Assembly: GCA_963693365.1 (NCBI GenBank)
Contig: CAVNZM010000007.1
Span: 3,333,979-3,397,978, forward strand
Reading direction: 5' to 3'
Source of the DNA: Amoebidium appalachense
Taxonomy: Eukaryota; Protista; Ichthyosporea
DNA: 64,000 nucleotides
In this document: positions 62,588-64,000 of the stretch, one piece after another
Numbering within the stretch: the first letter of the stretch is position 1
Layout: each line of letters opens with the position of its first letter
Translations under genes and position numbers: made by a program
Notes under the pieces: generated by a model
What the model saw: the letters and a program-made list of their open reading frames with translations, nothing else
The model's database searches: none
What the model was told of the DNA's origin: nothing

Positions 62588-64000
62588 GGTTTTATTTGTG
62601 GAAATTATTGACATAAATATTTTTCTGGGTAAAACACGTAGGATGGGTGTTCGATACCAACATAACCATGTAGGCTTCATTTCGTGTTTTAGCAGTTAGC
62701 GGTTGGCTGCCCGCACACGGGCACCTATTAGCCAGTCAAAACATCAGATACCACAGATCACTAGACCGAGTTATGATTGGCTCGGATCAGATTTCACATA
62801 ACACTAGATCGATTTTTGATTGGCTCAGATCGGTAGGCTTAGGTATATAAGCACGACAGTTTTTAGCAGATCAGCAAGCTACAAACACATCTTCTGTGTT
62901 TAGCATCCACAGCCTTACAGCTATATATTCCTTTTCATTCTCCCTATCTTTCCCTACGCCGGTCAGCATGCCGCCGAAAAAGCGCCAGGCCTCAGCCGCC
63001 GCCCCTGCCGCGGCACCTAAGCGCCTGACCCGCAGCGACCTCCGCCACAGGCTGACCAACGCTCCCGCGGACACTGACGCGCCTCCAGCGGCCCATACCA
63101 CCACGGACCCGGACCCGCCGGCTACTCTCCCCTCCACTCCTGAAGTCCCCCCTCAGGCCCCGCCGTCCCCGCAGATGACTTCTCAAGACGCCGTCCTGGC
63201 CGCCCTCACCGCCATCAGCACCCAGATGGCTGGCGTCCTGGCTGCTCTCACCAACCGCGACCCTCCCGCGCCCCCCGCCGCGCCCTCCACACCCGGGGAG
63301 GTTTCCCCGGGGCTGCATCTCGGCCCTGACCTAGACCTACCTGCCCTGCCCGCGCCCCCCATCACAGGTGAGAACACTGGCGACATTTAGCCGGGCACAC
63401 TCCCGCTTCCCCCCGCGGATGTGCTGGCAGATTTGCGCGCCAATCGTTTCGTCGATCTGTATAAGTTCACCCCCGCCGCCCTCCTGGCCCCATCCAAGAA
63501 AGGCCAGCATCTGCGCATGGCCGACGACGGCAGCATCGAGACTTTTCGCCAAGACAAACCCGTTCCCCTGCGTTCACTCGTCATTTGGATCCAAGCTTGG
63601 ACCCATTACATGGCCGCCAAGCACCGCCTCGGCCTTCCCACGGACAAAGACGTACTTTGGACTCAGCACATCACTCGCCTCAGCACCCGATACCCGTGGG
63701 CCCAGATCCACAACTATGACGTATACGCCCGCACCGTTGCCCACCAGCAGGGTCGGGCTCCGATCGAGTGCCCCAACCTGCTCGCCCAACTCCACCAGGA
63801 TCTCCTCCTGCCACCCACTCTGCTCATCCCGGACGCATGTCAGCGCTGTGGCTTCCCCGACCACCCCAGCGCGGCCTGCCCCATGTACCCCAAGCCCGGC
63901 TGTGGTCTTGACGGCTTTAAGCCGCCCCACAAGCCCGGCGGGGGTCACACCCCTAACCGCCCTGGCCCGCAACCCGGCCCGGCAAAACCGGCCCGACCCG
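62588..64000 (+). mobile_element. Second copy of the YR retrotransposon (5' end and gag with premature stop), runs off the window
   Basis: Matches 22702-23950; gag ATG at 62968; CAG>TAG stop at 63388-63390; keeps the CCAAT/TATA segment. Confidence 0.9.

Overview
Eukaryotic genomic DNA with short GT-AG introns full of poly(C) and (CA)n tracts, probably from a non-animal microbial eukaryote (inference). About 1.1-14.8 kb holds one 22-exon plus-strand gene, reconstructed by hand with consistent exon phases (4410 nt, about 1469 aa). It encodes a secreted mosaic lectin/adhesin: signal peptide, 3 Cys-rich repeats, F-type lectin, WSC, PAN/Apple, a second F-type lectin, about 7 SdrD-B/Cna-B-like repeats and an EGF domain. 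The other ~49 kb is a nested retroelement cluster. It contains a 5'-truncated RT-RNaseH LINE with a Gln-rich insertion, three pieces of a Ngaro/DIRS-type tyrosine-recombinase retrotransposon, and two Ty1/Copia families (one near-intact 6.8-kb copy with 935-bp LTRs and a GTACA TSD, plus a rearranged nested stack). It also contains a non-autonomous 2.7-kb LTR element, an APE-RT LINE with intact ORF2 plus a truncated copy, a MITE with 60-bp TIRs, a decayed intron-containing gene, and ~183-bp and ~147-bp tandem repeats. No rRNA, tRNA or CRISPR array was seen. All calls come from reading the sequence by eye; no database searches were run.
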